Of a DNA stretch of 64,000 bases, positions 38,150 through 50,222 are shown in pieces. This stretch comes from Psilocybe cubensis (taxonomy: Eukaryota). Each line of letters begins with the position of its first letter. Within the stretch, counting starts at the first letter, position 1. The notes under the pieces are model-generated. The model was given only the letters and a program-made list of their open reading frames with translations, did no database searches and was not told the DNA's origin. The translations under genes were made by a program, and so were the position numbers. The stretch is from the NCBI GenBank assembly GCA_017499595.2, contig CM039006.1:2108001-2172000 (forward strand), given 5' to 3'.

Positions 38150-38704
38150 ATGCACGTCGTTCGCGACGCACGCATGCCAACACATCTCCTCGCCGCCACA
38201 CAGTCCGACCAGAATCCAGTGAAAACGTCGCCACTAATGCTCCCCATTGACCGCGTTCTCTTCGAGCGCGGATTTCGCATCGACCTTAATTTTCCACCAG
38301 CTACATCTATTACCCCCAAACCACGCAGTATAACCGTTGGAGATTCACAGGTCCTCTACGTGAACCTTCCGGTGATTCCTATCAATGTGCCCCACCTCTC
38401 ATCCCTTGCGCTCCTACTTCTCTATGCAATGGGTCTCGAAACCAATCTTAACATCCTCGCTTGGAAGCTGCTTCCTGTAGAAGTCGTAGAGGAGTTTCCA
38501 AACGCGGCAGCCATGTCGACGATCTTATCAAGACGACCGCAGGCCGAACAGGAATCAATATACAGGCATAACCAGGGTTTGTGGAAAAACATTCTCGCGT
38601 TGGGATTAAATAATGCCCGGATAATCCAGGTTGTGCAGACGGCGTGGAATGTTACGGCAGACGCTCGTCGTGTCATGCTTCGCAATAACCTGAAGCAATA
38701 CTAG
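38150..38704 (+). CDS. Clp1-like protein (diverged copy 4)
   Basis: Same length, no indels, three amino-acid differences from the array copies (C/R, D/N, V/I). Confidence 0.7.
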   Translation: MHVVRDARMPTHLLAATQSDQNPVKTSPLMLPIDRVLFERGFRIDLNFPPATSITPKPRSITVGDSQVLYVNLPVIPINVPHLSSLALLLLYAMGLETNLNILAWKLLPVEVVEEFPNAAAMSTILSRRPQAEQESIYRHNQGLWKNILALGLNNARIIQVVQTAWNVTADARRVMLRNNLKQY

Positions 38705-39039
38705 CCCAATTCCTGGCTCCTAATTTTCATGGATGCTTGCACAACCTACGACTCCAACTTTACGATCACAAACTATATCTACAATGGATTCTCTCGGCCT
38801 CTTTTATCTTATCTTTTCCGGTCCATCTATTCATCCCGTACTAATATTTTTTCATGTGCGCCATCTATCGTTCATTTGTTTCTTATGGAACTTGTTATAT
38901 CTATTCCTCATCACTATCTTACACTCATTCAGTTTACACTATTCAGCGTGTACGAGAACCGGCGCAAGCTCTAATTTTCACATTCGCTGTCAAAACTGTG
39001 GTGGGCGATCAGCATCACTTAACCATATTACCTAAGGCT

Positions 39040-39431
39040 GAGGGAAAAGGTATTGATATTTCAGATGCCTTGAGAATTTGTTGAACGAGGCCTGCTATGA
39101 TCTGAACATAGGGAACTTGTGCAAACGTCTCTAAAACATCATCAGCAAGACTTGTCACAGTTTTCGGGATAGTAGCATTTCCCCATCCGAATACAGTGCT
39201 TTGGAAATAGGTCGAATTCGTGACAGTGTGCGTTTCGACTACTTCTTTGAGATCATTGGAGGATGGGGGAACAATTAAAGGAGTGACCCAGTGGTTTCAG
39301 CTTTCAGCGCTCCCGGACTGTCTACTGCAGCGTCAACTCTGTCTGGTTTTTCGTTTGACCTTGGCCGAGTCTGGCCATAAAGTATGATAGCACTATGTGG
39401 CGATGGCCTCGGTATTCGTCATTCTCCCCAT
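39040..39431 (-). pseudogene. NLR first-exon remnant, frameshifted
   Basis: Homologous to 6851-7165. A 2-bp loss (GGCCTC-GGTATT versus GGCCTCGCGGTATT) shifts the frame. It retains ~80 bp missing from the array copy and lacks the internal fragment. Confidence 0.8.
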
Positions 39432-39999
39432 GATGTTTTGTACTTCAGTCCGTTTTCTTTGTGGCTAATACGGCTGGTGGATTGGTATCGGTTGGACCAC
39501 CGAGATTGTATGCTGGCTAATTGAAGCGAGTTTGTTTATCTGTTGGGACACAGGAAGGTCTCCTTTTGCAACATCGAATGATAATGGTGATGCTTATTGT
39601 ATATCCTTGAATATTCAAGTCTAAAGGATTGCGCGCCACGCATAGTACACCTGCCTCTCGAATCTTCGAATTTGTTATTTATGACTAGGCCTTGTCAATT
39701 ATCTGACGAATATACGGTTTGGTAGACATCAAAAATCAAGAAAATTGGTATGTTTCTCCGGACTCGGACCGTAGGCATAGGCCTTCGATAAACCGGATAA
39801 TAGACGACACGTTTGGGCCTGAATGAGCTGTGATATTATCGAACAAAAGCCTTCGGGGCCGCCGCGGCATGCCCATGTCATTGTCGATGGCACTTGATGC
39901 CTATGAATCACGGTGAGTCACAAGCGCACGGTTATATATGGACGATATGAGCGGAGAGAAAAGAAGGCAATCTATCCATCGATACAACTGATATCTAGA

Positions 40000-40594
40000 A
40001 TGTTGACCCGGGACGATTATGTGTTTTTCTGGAAGACAAATGAGGAGCAGTGAGTCATTAAGTCACTTCCAACCAGGTCACGTAAAGAGTACATATAACT
40101 GTGCACAGTGGATGGGGCTCGCAGTGGTATCTTTCGCCCTTCAAAGCGGCCGTTGTACTTTCTGGAGACGAGGGGGCAGAAGAAGAGACTGTGCTTTTCC
40201 CTACTGCTGAGCATTGAAAGCGCTGTTATTCAAAGACTATGCGGTGGCCCGAGAAATTCTAGAGATCACAGGAGTCGGACAAGAGGAAATGCGTTATGTC
40301 AAAGGCTTAGGTCGCAAAGTTCAGGGATTTGACGAAGAAACATGGGTCGCTGCGCGGGAGAAGATCGTGCTTGAAGGCAACCTACTCAAATTCCAACAAA
40401 ACCCCGAAATAAAAGAGAAATTGATGGCCACTGGAAGCAAGCACATCGTAGAAGCTAGCCCAAGAGATAGGATATGGGGAATTGGGTTTGGAGAAAAGAA
40501 TGCCATGGGACAAAAAGAACGCTGGGGGCTTAATTTATTGGGCAAAGCTCTCGAAAAAACGCGAAGTCAGCTGCATATTAGCGTGGGAAAATAG
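40000..40594 (+). pseudogene. NADAR-family (YbiA/DUF1768) gene, apparently frameshifted
   Basis: Motifs YVFFWK, WGSQWY.SPF, FPTAEH, KALLF, K.LGRKV.GFDE..W, GNLLKF.QN, EASPRDRIWGIG and GLNLLGKAL. After AEH the frame reads TGA, and KALLF resumes in another frame with the expected (W/Y)MM segment missing. Confidence 0.8.
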
Positions 40595-40658
40595 GAATAC
40601 AGTCATTTGTGCCATTTTGTTAACAAGTTGAACTCTCTCTTACACACATATCATATCC

Positions 40659-43600
40659 ATGAGCTCTTATGCAGAAAGAGCACAACTCGCGGTCAAGGCG
40701 CTTAATATCGTAGCGGCGAACAAGCCTACCACCGATGTGTGGGCTAACCGAATAGAAAACATCGCCGACAGTGGCTCAACGAACACCCATCTAAGCCCGG
40801 AGCTGTGGCCAGAGATTGGTCAACGTATGTTCAATGGTTCTTCTTTTATATGGTACTTACGTAGAGTTTCAGAACCCAAGGTTACAGTGGGCACCGTGGC
40901 AGGGTCATCGCGCCGCACAGTGACAACAACAGGGTCGACGGAGGGCGGGGGACGGTCAATGTCATCCACAGCGCGTGTCCAGAGTGGAATCGCCCAGAGT
41001 CGGAATAATATCAACGTTTCAGAATCGCAGAAAGTAAAGGGTCAACAACAACAACCCAGCTTGATAACGGAGACAATAACTACCACTACCCGCTCCACTT
41101 CCCCCTCTACATCTTCATCGTCGCAGGCACCCAAATCTGCGTGGAATGTCCCACTAGTGCCCACAGTAACCAAACCGCAACATGAGCAGCCCATACCGAG
41201 AATCGTTCTAGCATCGGCGGACGAACAGGAGAGTCAGACTAGCATGGGCCCAAGCACAAGCAGTGGCGGAGGCAAGATCATCTTTGGCACCATCCGCCCT
41301 CTTTCACCACCACCGCCTACAATACCGGCATCGGTATCCTCACCATCACCGTCGACATCTGCGTCGTTGGGAACACCAACTTTTGTTTCGAGCACGAGCA
41401 TTCCTTTCATTATCGGAGCTGCGTCAAGCACGGTCAAATTGAAATCGAGGACAAGCAGTGGGTCGCTGAATACAAAAACGAGGGCGCGTCTTTCATCTAT
41501 CACCAGTATAGGCGACAGTACGAATACGAGTAATGTCGGATCCTCCTCGGAATTTGGATACACCAAAAAGTGGAAGTTTGGGACTACGAGTCGGGGTGGT
41601 ACGCCTCCTCCTGTGCTGCTTTCGGTGTCGTCATCTGCTACATCGTCAGAGGATGCTTCCGCGTCTGCATTGTCGTCTGCAACGGCGACTACAACACCGT
41701 CAGTATCGGTTTCAGTGTCAGTGGGGACTTCGGCGCCTTCGTCACCGTTGCCTCCACCATTGCCATTAGAGTTGGATGACGATATGCGAGTGCGTGATTT
41801 TGGATATGGGTTTGGGCAAACACCGCAAGGGGAGAGAGTGCAGGGTGATAAGGAAAACGAAAACAAGGCACGGGAAGAGGGACAGGAACCCAATCGGAAC
41901 GAGGATCAAAGTTTGAACCAGCAGCCATACCCACACCCTTACTGGGCACCAAATCCAAATGCATATCACCTCCCGTATCCTCAGCAGTATCCGTTTCTAC
42001 CGCTGCCTCCGCAACACTACCAGGGAGCCACGGCCACGTCGCCTCCGCCACCGCCACCGTTGCCATTGCCGTTGCAGAGGGCATCTGTTGAAGAAGCGTC
42101 TTCCCCAAGGCAGGTGCCAGTACCTATTCCCCTGCCCAACAACTACTACGTACCGCCTGAACAAATGGGAGCGTATCCACACCTATATTCCCCACCTGGT
42201 CCCCCCTACCCTTATTCCAACCAGTTGAACCCGCCTCCGGGAATGGGTGGTGGAAGAGGACGACGCGGCTATGGAGGACGTGGAGGACGTGGAGGTGCAC
42301 GTGGAGATGGCTTCTATGGACATGCTTATGCGGATCGCGAACGCGGTGGGTATGAACGAGAGCGGGAAAAGGAATTCGTGAGGGGTGGAGGAGACCGGGA
42401 AAGAGGGTTTGGCGGGAACAGGGACAGGGAGTTCGGTAGGGACAGAGAGACAGGCAGAGACTTCGGACGAGGTTCAGGCCCGCGACGAGGTCGTGGCCGT
42501 GGATATGCTGGCGGTGGCGGCGAGCGAGAACGAAATCGCGCAGAACACTACTTTACTGCCGACAGGCGTGCATACTCGAGCAACTCGAATGGGAGCAGTG
42601 TGAGTGAGGCGCGAGCACCGCCATTTGTGGTTACACCACCACCGCGGTTTGTACCCCTCCCGCTCCCACTACCTCATCAGCCGCTGGCAATGCGATATCC
42701 TCCTCCTCCTCTGCCGCCGCCGCCCGGGTTTGCACCTCCGCCGCGGCCTATTTTGCAGTCTGGATTTGTCCCTCAGCAACAGCAGCTAGAGGGACCACCG
42801 TCGAACGGGTACAATGTGCCGCTCCTCCATCCCCACCCACAATATTCCTCCTCCCCATCGCCGCCGTCACTGCCCAACCCATCTTCAGTAGCGCATCCCC
42901 AGGGTCCTCGGCAGCTTTCTCCGCTTTCACAGACAGTCTCGGTCGGAGATGCTTCGTCGAGCAGGAGTCCAGTTGATGAAAAGTCTACTGGGCAACACAC
43001 ATCTGTGACGCCATCTTCACCGCTACCGAAGACGATGTCGCCACAACCACTGCAACCTCCCAAGACCCAACCACATCACCATCCAGCACCGCCTCCTGTT
43101 CCAGCGCCTTTGACACCGATTCCGTTCCCTCTTGATCCGACGCGATACTGGCTTCTTGGACAATTGGAGTATTATCTCAGCCCGCAGAATATGGCACATG
43201 ATATATTTTTGAGGCGTAATGTAAGTCAATTTACGCCTTGTTTGATGTTATATCTATCAGGAATCAGGCATCTGATTACATCTTTTTTTATTATTTTATT
43301 TAGATGGACAGTAAAGGGTGGATTCCAATAGAGTTGATTGCGTCGTTCAATCGAGTCAAGACTTTGACTATGGACGTGGCGCTTGTCAGAGATGTGCTTG
43401 CGCTTTCGAGTATTGCGCAGGTGCGGAGAGGCGGTGCCGCTGCTTTGAGCGGCGATGATGTTGTTGAAAGCAAGGGCAAAGAGGAGCAAGGGGCGGATAA
43501 CGAAGATAAAAGCGCGAAAGAGGGTCTTGGAGGAAGAGTGGACGCCAATGTAACGCCCAATGTTGCGGTGGGGTGGGTGCGTATGCAAGGTTGGGAACGG

Positions 43601-44293
43601 TACGTCTTGCCCGATGCGAGGCCTAGTACTGTTCCGGAACAGGAGGAGGAAAACGGCGTCGGAGGATATGGGTATACTCAAACTTTAGGGTACGGCGCGC
43701 CTTATGGAAACGCTTTGTATGGCCTGTCACCGCCACCACCACCACTTCCACTTCATCCTGAGTATAGTCTCGGGCCAAGTGTGGCGTATGGTTATGGGCA
43801 ACCTCCCTTTCCTCCTCGTATGATAGATCGGCATGCTGGGCATGCAGTAGGCTGGGAAGAAAACCCAGCCGGTAGGCATCATGGACTTGATGGAGGGTTC
43901 TGGAGGCCGCCACCTGTAGGAGGATTCATACCAGGGACAGTGAATGGTCATGGATACGGCTACGAGCAGAACATGGGACAGGTCAGGATGGAAGCACTTC
44001 AAGTGGAAGGACCAGGCGCAAAACCTGTCAATGGACACAGCCAAGATACTCCAATGGAAAAAGTTAGTGTGGGGGCGGATGAGCTAGCTGTGGGAGTGGA
44101 GGGCCTGCGTCTAGGCGATGATGGATCCCAGGTCAGTCCCGGACACGTAAATGTCAAAGATAAAGAGACTCCTTCGACAAAGAAGGGTCATCGAGAGGAA
44201 GGTGACGAGCCGGAGGATGAGGATGAAGAAGAGGACGAGGAGGACATTATCTTTGTCATGGGCACCCAAAGCAACGTCTCGTGGGTCTCATGA
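40659..44293 (+). CDS. La-motif (LARP/Sro9-like) RNA-binding protein, Pro/RGG-rich, spliced
   Basis: La HTH motif LLGQLEYYLSPQNMAHDIFLRRN|MDSKGWIPIELIASFNRV, split by a GT-AG intron 43221-43303. RGG and R-E/D tracts, acidic C-terminal tail. Confidence 0.88.
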
Positions 44294-45217
44294 TCGAGAT
44301 GCGTTGTGGACGCGTCCAGTTCATGCTGGTCAACATTTGGTTATATTCACATTCTATTCTTCTCCCTCTATCCTTCTTCTTCACTCTTCTTACTTGGTTG
44401 CATGTACTGTTTACATATTCCAAGTGCAAGCAAGTTCTTATTGCTCCTTGATATATTTTTCTATTCCTTTTTTCTTAGGGCTTCATTTTCATTTTCTGGT
44501 TTCTGTGTTATTCGTCTCTTTAACATTGTAAATACTTAATATTCATCCAACCATCATCCGCTACGTTTTCTGGACACCCATTTCTTTTTTTTGCTGGCTA
44601 TTTCTTCAACGACGTGCTTACCAAGTTATTCTCCCCATTTTACTGTCAGTTATGCATTTTTTTCTGTACAACACTTGAAGGTTTCTGTTTTCTTTTTGTC
44701 TCCTGTACGGGTATTTATGATACTGTAGCATTCAGGATTCAAACCTTTTGGAGACGCAGATGCCGCCTCCCATATAGCTAGATTCTGTCTGTACTCGATA
44801 CACGACTTGCCAAACATCTCAATAACTAGCATGTTAATAGACTCTATGATACATTTATATTTGGAAGACGTTATGTCTTGTTCCCAACCGCCACCTCAAT
44901 CCCCAGCAATCCCATTCAAAAACATCACAACTACTAAATAGCAGCGCCTTATGCGATACCATTTAGTCTTCCGAGATATATAATCTACGACATGTATAAT
45001 TACGGGGGAGGGTATCTAGCATACAAGATATTGAAGAAAATTTACCCAAAATTACCCACTTTTTGTACAAAATGTTACAACAGATGCGAGTGGCGGGGGT
45101 GCGAGAGTCGGATTGATTTGTGAAATCTGACTCGAAGCGTTTCGCTGCCGCGCCATGTGAATGAAGGAATGCAGACCCCAAAGGATACAAGATCGGAGGT
45201 ACAGAGATGTGTGTCTT

Positions 45218-47236
45218 TTATACGAGGTTGACCCGTGCGAGAATCTTCATAAGGATGACATCTTGGACTGGTGGCGGTAAAGCATTCGAATTAGGCGGTG
45301 ATATGGTTGTAAAAGGGGCCAAGGACTTACTTTTGGTGATGATGTCTGAAGTTGCCTTGGTGTCCTTTTGAATTGAGGCGTTAGTCAGCTTGGTGCAAGA
45401 GAGCAAGGTCCTTGGCTTAACGTACAACTGCGCATGTAAGATATGAATGTAACTTTCTTCGTTTTGGAGAATACTGCTTATGGATCCGGATGAAGACATC
45501 AAGCAGGTCTAAAAAAGGGAGAAAGGGAAAGTTCAGGGTGGGATTTTTTTTACTTTGTAGTTTGTTTATACAACGCACATTTTGACACCGGCTCGGTTTC
45601 GTTTGGTTTGTTGCCGTAGGATGTTACAAAGTCGGCAAATTGAATTCCAGATTTCAGTTTCGACTCGAGGATGTCTAATTTGTTTAGGAAAAGAACAAAT
45701 TCTACACCAGCGAGGATCCTATTACTGCATATTGATTGCCATAGTCGCAGGGAATCGGTCTGCGGACATGGTGAGAATGAATATTACATAAATCCAAATT
45801 AAACTTGGTCAGCGTACCAGACGATTCACATTTGTATCTTCAGCGAGAACTTGATTGAACCCGGACATGGGCGCCAGAAATATAATGATATCAACTAGAC
45901 ATATTTGATTAGCTCGTTAATGTTGTATCAGACAGCCGATCCCTACCGTCATCAAAAAATTGCGCCCACGCGTCTGCGATCAGTAAAAATGAGCAAGATT
46001 CGTAATTCCCGTTTCTTCGGAGTAAGTTGGTAAAACTTACTGCGTTGACTTCGGCTACCTCCTACATCATATATTGTGTAGTGTTTCTCCTTTTCGCTTC
46101 CACTTTCCGCGACGATGGTATGCTCTTCAGGACCAAGGGTGTTGACTCGCGCCTTGAGAACGTCGTCTGGAGGAAAGATGTCACTAAATTTAGAGATCGC
46201 GTAAAAAAGGCAACGGATTGACGCGACTCACCAGGACGTGGACGGAAATTCTCTCCCGTAACACGTTTCACTTGATCCAAAAAGCTGACGTCTAGTCAGA
46301 GCGGGCGTTATTTGTGGACTACATGGGACTTACAATCCCGGTTGTTCGTGAAGAGCAATGTCCGCCGTTTTCAGCATCTCCTGGACGGAACGATTTGCCC
46401 ACAGTGCTTCGATGTCACTACTCAGCGCTGTCAGCATCCGTCGGCATTGAATGATTTCCGTTGACTCCCTGCTCGCTGTCGAGCTCATAGAATCAATTGA
46501 ATGTTTACGATGGACAGTCATAGCCTTCCGCCATTGCGTTCCATTAGACAAGGTGATATCAGGAGCTTTAGTCGGATTGTAGGGTTGTACTAGCGCCACA
46601 CCAGAGTCATTGGTTGCCTCCTGGCCAGATAGAATTTGAATGAGGTGCTCCTCTACTTGACGTAAAGGAGCCAGTCGGACAGTGAGTTTACGGAGTTCCG
46701 GAGTCATGGAGGTTGATAGTTTGCGTGGGCCTCTTGGGACCTTTGGATTTTCTTGCCGGGGCAATTGACCACGCGACATAGCTAGGTTGACGATGAAGTT
46801 GACGGATCTGACGAGGTTGAGATGGATGACAGGCCGCCATATTTCAGCCTGTCAAAAAAAAGATGGAATGTTATACAGCAAGTGTGATTTTCGGGAGCGC
46901 GTCAAACACACCTCAAGTTCGAAGGCCTTGGGAGCGAGGTGCAACTGGAAATTCTTTAGCACGGTCGACTTGCCCGACTCCGCCTGGCCTTTGTTTCACG
47001 ATGTTTAACAGAGTAACAAATAGGTAGACAGTGAGCGCACCTAGAAGCAGAATCTTCCCCGCCCTTTGCTTATGTATACGCTGGCGTTCAGCCTCCAACT
47101 CGCGATTTATTGCATCGTTTCTCCGCTTTGCTTCCGCTGCCCGCAACTTCCTCGCCTTTCTCTCCTCATCGGTTTCGTTGCCGCGCGTAGCGGGCCATGG
47201 GAGGGCGGTCAGAGACTTCTTCTTCGTTACAAGCAT
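45218..47236 (-). CDS. Heterotrimeric G-protein alpha subunit (atypical), multi-exon
   Basis: Spliced motifs ILLLGQAESGKST, KARVNTLG, YDVGGSRSQR.AWAQFFDD, VLAED..VNRL, LFLNKLD and TCAVDT, all with canonical introns. Confidence 0.92.
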
Positions 47237-50222
47237 AACGAACCACCAGCGGGGTCGAACTCGAATTCGGGACTCGTCGGGGGCCCAGGGCCTGCCTGCG
47301 AGAGGTGGGTGGTAGGGCAGAACAAACGACGCCTTGCGACTCGCCGGGATAGATATAACAAGATAGGCGGGGTCCGCATTTATCTCCAAGGTTCTCCTTT
47401 TGAACTGACCCGAAATAACATTATTCTCGAGATCTGGCAAAAGGTGCAAGTCCGCATGCCATCATTTCTATGACAACTAAGCACAAAATCGCCCGAAAGC
47501 TCCGTGCATTCAGGGGACCGCCGCCGAGTTTGAACATGAATGGGCATTTCTTCTTGAACCTCACCATCGAATACGTCCCTCTGCTTGTCTATGCGCCACA
47601 TATGTAGACGCCCAAAGATATTGTGGGTGTTCCACTTGATGCATGATGATTGACAATGATAGTGTGCAGCTCTAAAATAGAACGCTGGAATGTCAGATAT
47701 CTGGGGCTCTGGCCGCTCATGGATCAGTTTCAGCTTCAGAGCCGGCGTTCTTCCCTGCGCTAAAGCCAAGCTGGAAGCAAATCGCGCATCATTTCTCTAC
47801 GCCTATTTCGATCCCATGAGACTTGTATCAAAAATAATTCAGGCCATCCTTCACCATCCCAGCCCACTCATGCATGAAAACCAGTGCACGCATGCGTTTC
47901 CCGTCTTGCACGGTTCATCATGCATAATCGCGGGCGGGCAAAGCCCTCTCTGAAACCTTGAGCATACCGCCCATCATTAAAAGTGACAAAGCAGAAGCGT
48001 GTAGAAGCTTCGAGGAAAGTACTTCCGTGGACTCGCAAATAGCAGGCCTTGTTCTCCGCATTGTTCCCCATCCGCTATCTTTCCGCCTCGACCAGTTTTG
48101 TTCTAGAGGCTCACTGCTTCATCCTGTATCTGCCCTCCACTGGATCTGAAGCAGCCGGAATTTTTGCCTGATCATGGTGACCAATGCTCAAGGGCCTATG
48201 GACCGAGAATTGCCGTCGGGACCACATTAGTTGCGCCCTTCCTTGTGGATCTTTATTCATAAAAAGTGCACCGTGTCTTCAGCACAAGGTGCTCAGCTGC
48301 AGTAATTTTGTTACAAGTTTGGTACTAGCCGAGGGTTGTGATAACTTGAAATTCGTGGCCCCGCCTTTCGGCTTGCCCTCATGATATCGATCCGTTTCAA
48401 CCGCCTTTTGTGTATGCTACCCCTTGGAGCCAATTCGTATGTTTTCAATCCAACCTTGACCTCAGAAGAAGCCCTTGGCGCAGTGGGGCCGTCTACGTAA
48501 AGTGTTCATCCAGCTAATGTATACGACTTGGGGTCATATCTGCTAACTGTTACTTCACTATTATAATCAACAGAATCTGTCAACACCCCACACTGATGGT
48601 ACGCATCCAATTATTATACAGTCTCCGTGTCTTGGATCAGCATGTAAACAATTAGACCTACTACTTTTTTCCAGTGATCTCCCGCAGAAAGACAATTACA
48701 CATGGCGAGGGTCAAAATTCTTGAACTTTCTAATAGTTGCTTACATATTTATGTTTTGGTAAGTGCTATTCGTTCAGTCAGAAGACTTCTAGTGCATCCT
48801 GTCTTATCCGATCTCTTGTGCGCCAAATGGCTTATTTCGTTTTAATTCCAGTCTCCGGAGTTTGGATATTGCCCGGTCTCGATAAAAAGGTGTATTCGGC
48901 ACTCGGTCCACCTTGCCATGAGATAATATCGTGACCTTCTCACCCGTTAACGCCTTACAGATGCCCCAGAGCAGATAGAGCACTACAGTTCTCTCTCTAT
49001 TTTGCGCGTCATGTCCAAAGACTATTCACTGAATTCCACTGAATTCCAAAGACACCCAGGGTAGTAACAGTGGGAATAAGGAACGCACGTTTATTTTACC
49101 GTATATACTTAGAACCTGATTGACTAATGGTGCTTCGGTGGCCTTGAAATATATTAGATAGTCATCCTATATTCAGTGCATCGTTCTCATGCAAGCCTTT
49201 CATTTTTCTATCTTCAGACCTATTTGCCTGCTTCTACATCAGCGCCCACGAAATGTCTCTCACTCAGCTGCGCCAGTCATTGCAACGCGATGGATGGACA
49301 CCCATCCGACAGGTCAGATTACTCTGTCGTACACGCCAGCCGGATTATTTGTTGATGCTGATTGGCTTTTGCATCAGGGGCGTGCGTCAATGTGATTTCT
49401 AGACTCTCAATCAGGGACATTACTTTTAAAAAATTAATCTTGAGCCTACTGTAAGATTATGAAGTACACATTGTTGATAAAATATACTATAGCCTTCTTT
49501 TAGCTTCATCTCGTTGGTGTAATTGAAAGTCAAATGTCAATCTCTCCCCCTTGTCGTGGCTTGACCTGGTCCAGAAGCTGATATCATAAGGTATATCTCA
49601 ATTGTACGGAGCTTTGAGGTTGCATTTCCTAGTACATAATTCGCGATACAAGCCTAACTCCACTGAAATCTGACAAAGAAGACAACTATCACGAAGACTA
49701 ACTTAAGTAATTTGAAGTTGACGAGGTAGTTCTAGACTCTTTGGCTGCCCGGGGTTTGCTTGTGGCCGCATTACGGTCGCCAATTTGGTACAGAGTCGTG
49801 CGGCGTGCCACACGACACTACAGCCGTCTATGTCGCTGTTAACGTACGTCGTATACTGCCGTCCACATTGCAACAAAACGAGGAAAATTTTTGAAATGGA
49901 GCTGGTGGCACTACTGGTTACTTCAATTTAGAATGTGCGCAATTTCTACGCAACAATGATTCGCATTACGCCGACTGTATTGATACTGTCGAGAATGCAC
50001 TGAGTATTACGCCATGCCAAAGTTGCTCAAGGAGGTCGTAACATCTCCTATAGATGCCATTATAACCTAGAAACTCACAGATAAATTCGGGTGTACAGAC
50101 AATTCGGGAATGACTCTACGGATAACCATCAGCGCAAAAAATGCCGGCATTGGTCTGAGAAAACATTAGTCGCTGAGCAACAGTTGTCTGTGCGTTACTA
50201 CCAGTGGATCGCTACCTTTGAG

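Larger units (their letters stand above)
35208..40540. repeat. Diverged paralogous (parent-like) copy of unit positions ~2060-8123
   Basis: Collinear with the unit (spliced repeats, Clp1-like ORF, NLR remnant, NADAR) but with scattered SNPs and several indels. Confidence 0.92.

Noticed and set aside
48472-48545. tRNA or SINE (A-box-like TGGCGCAGTGG)
   Set aside because: No proper B-box or cloverleaf.
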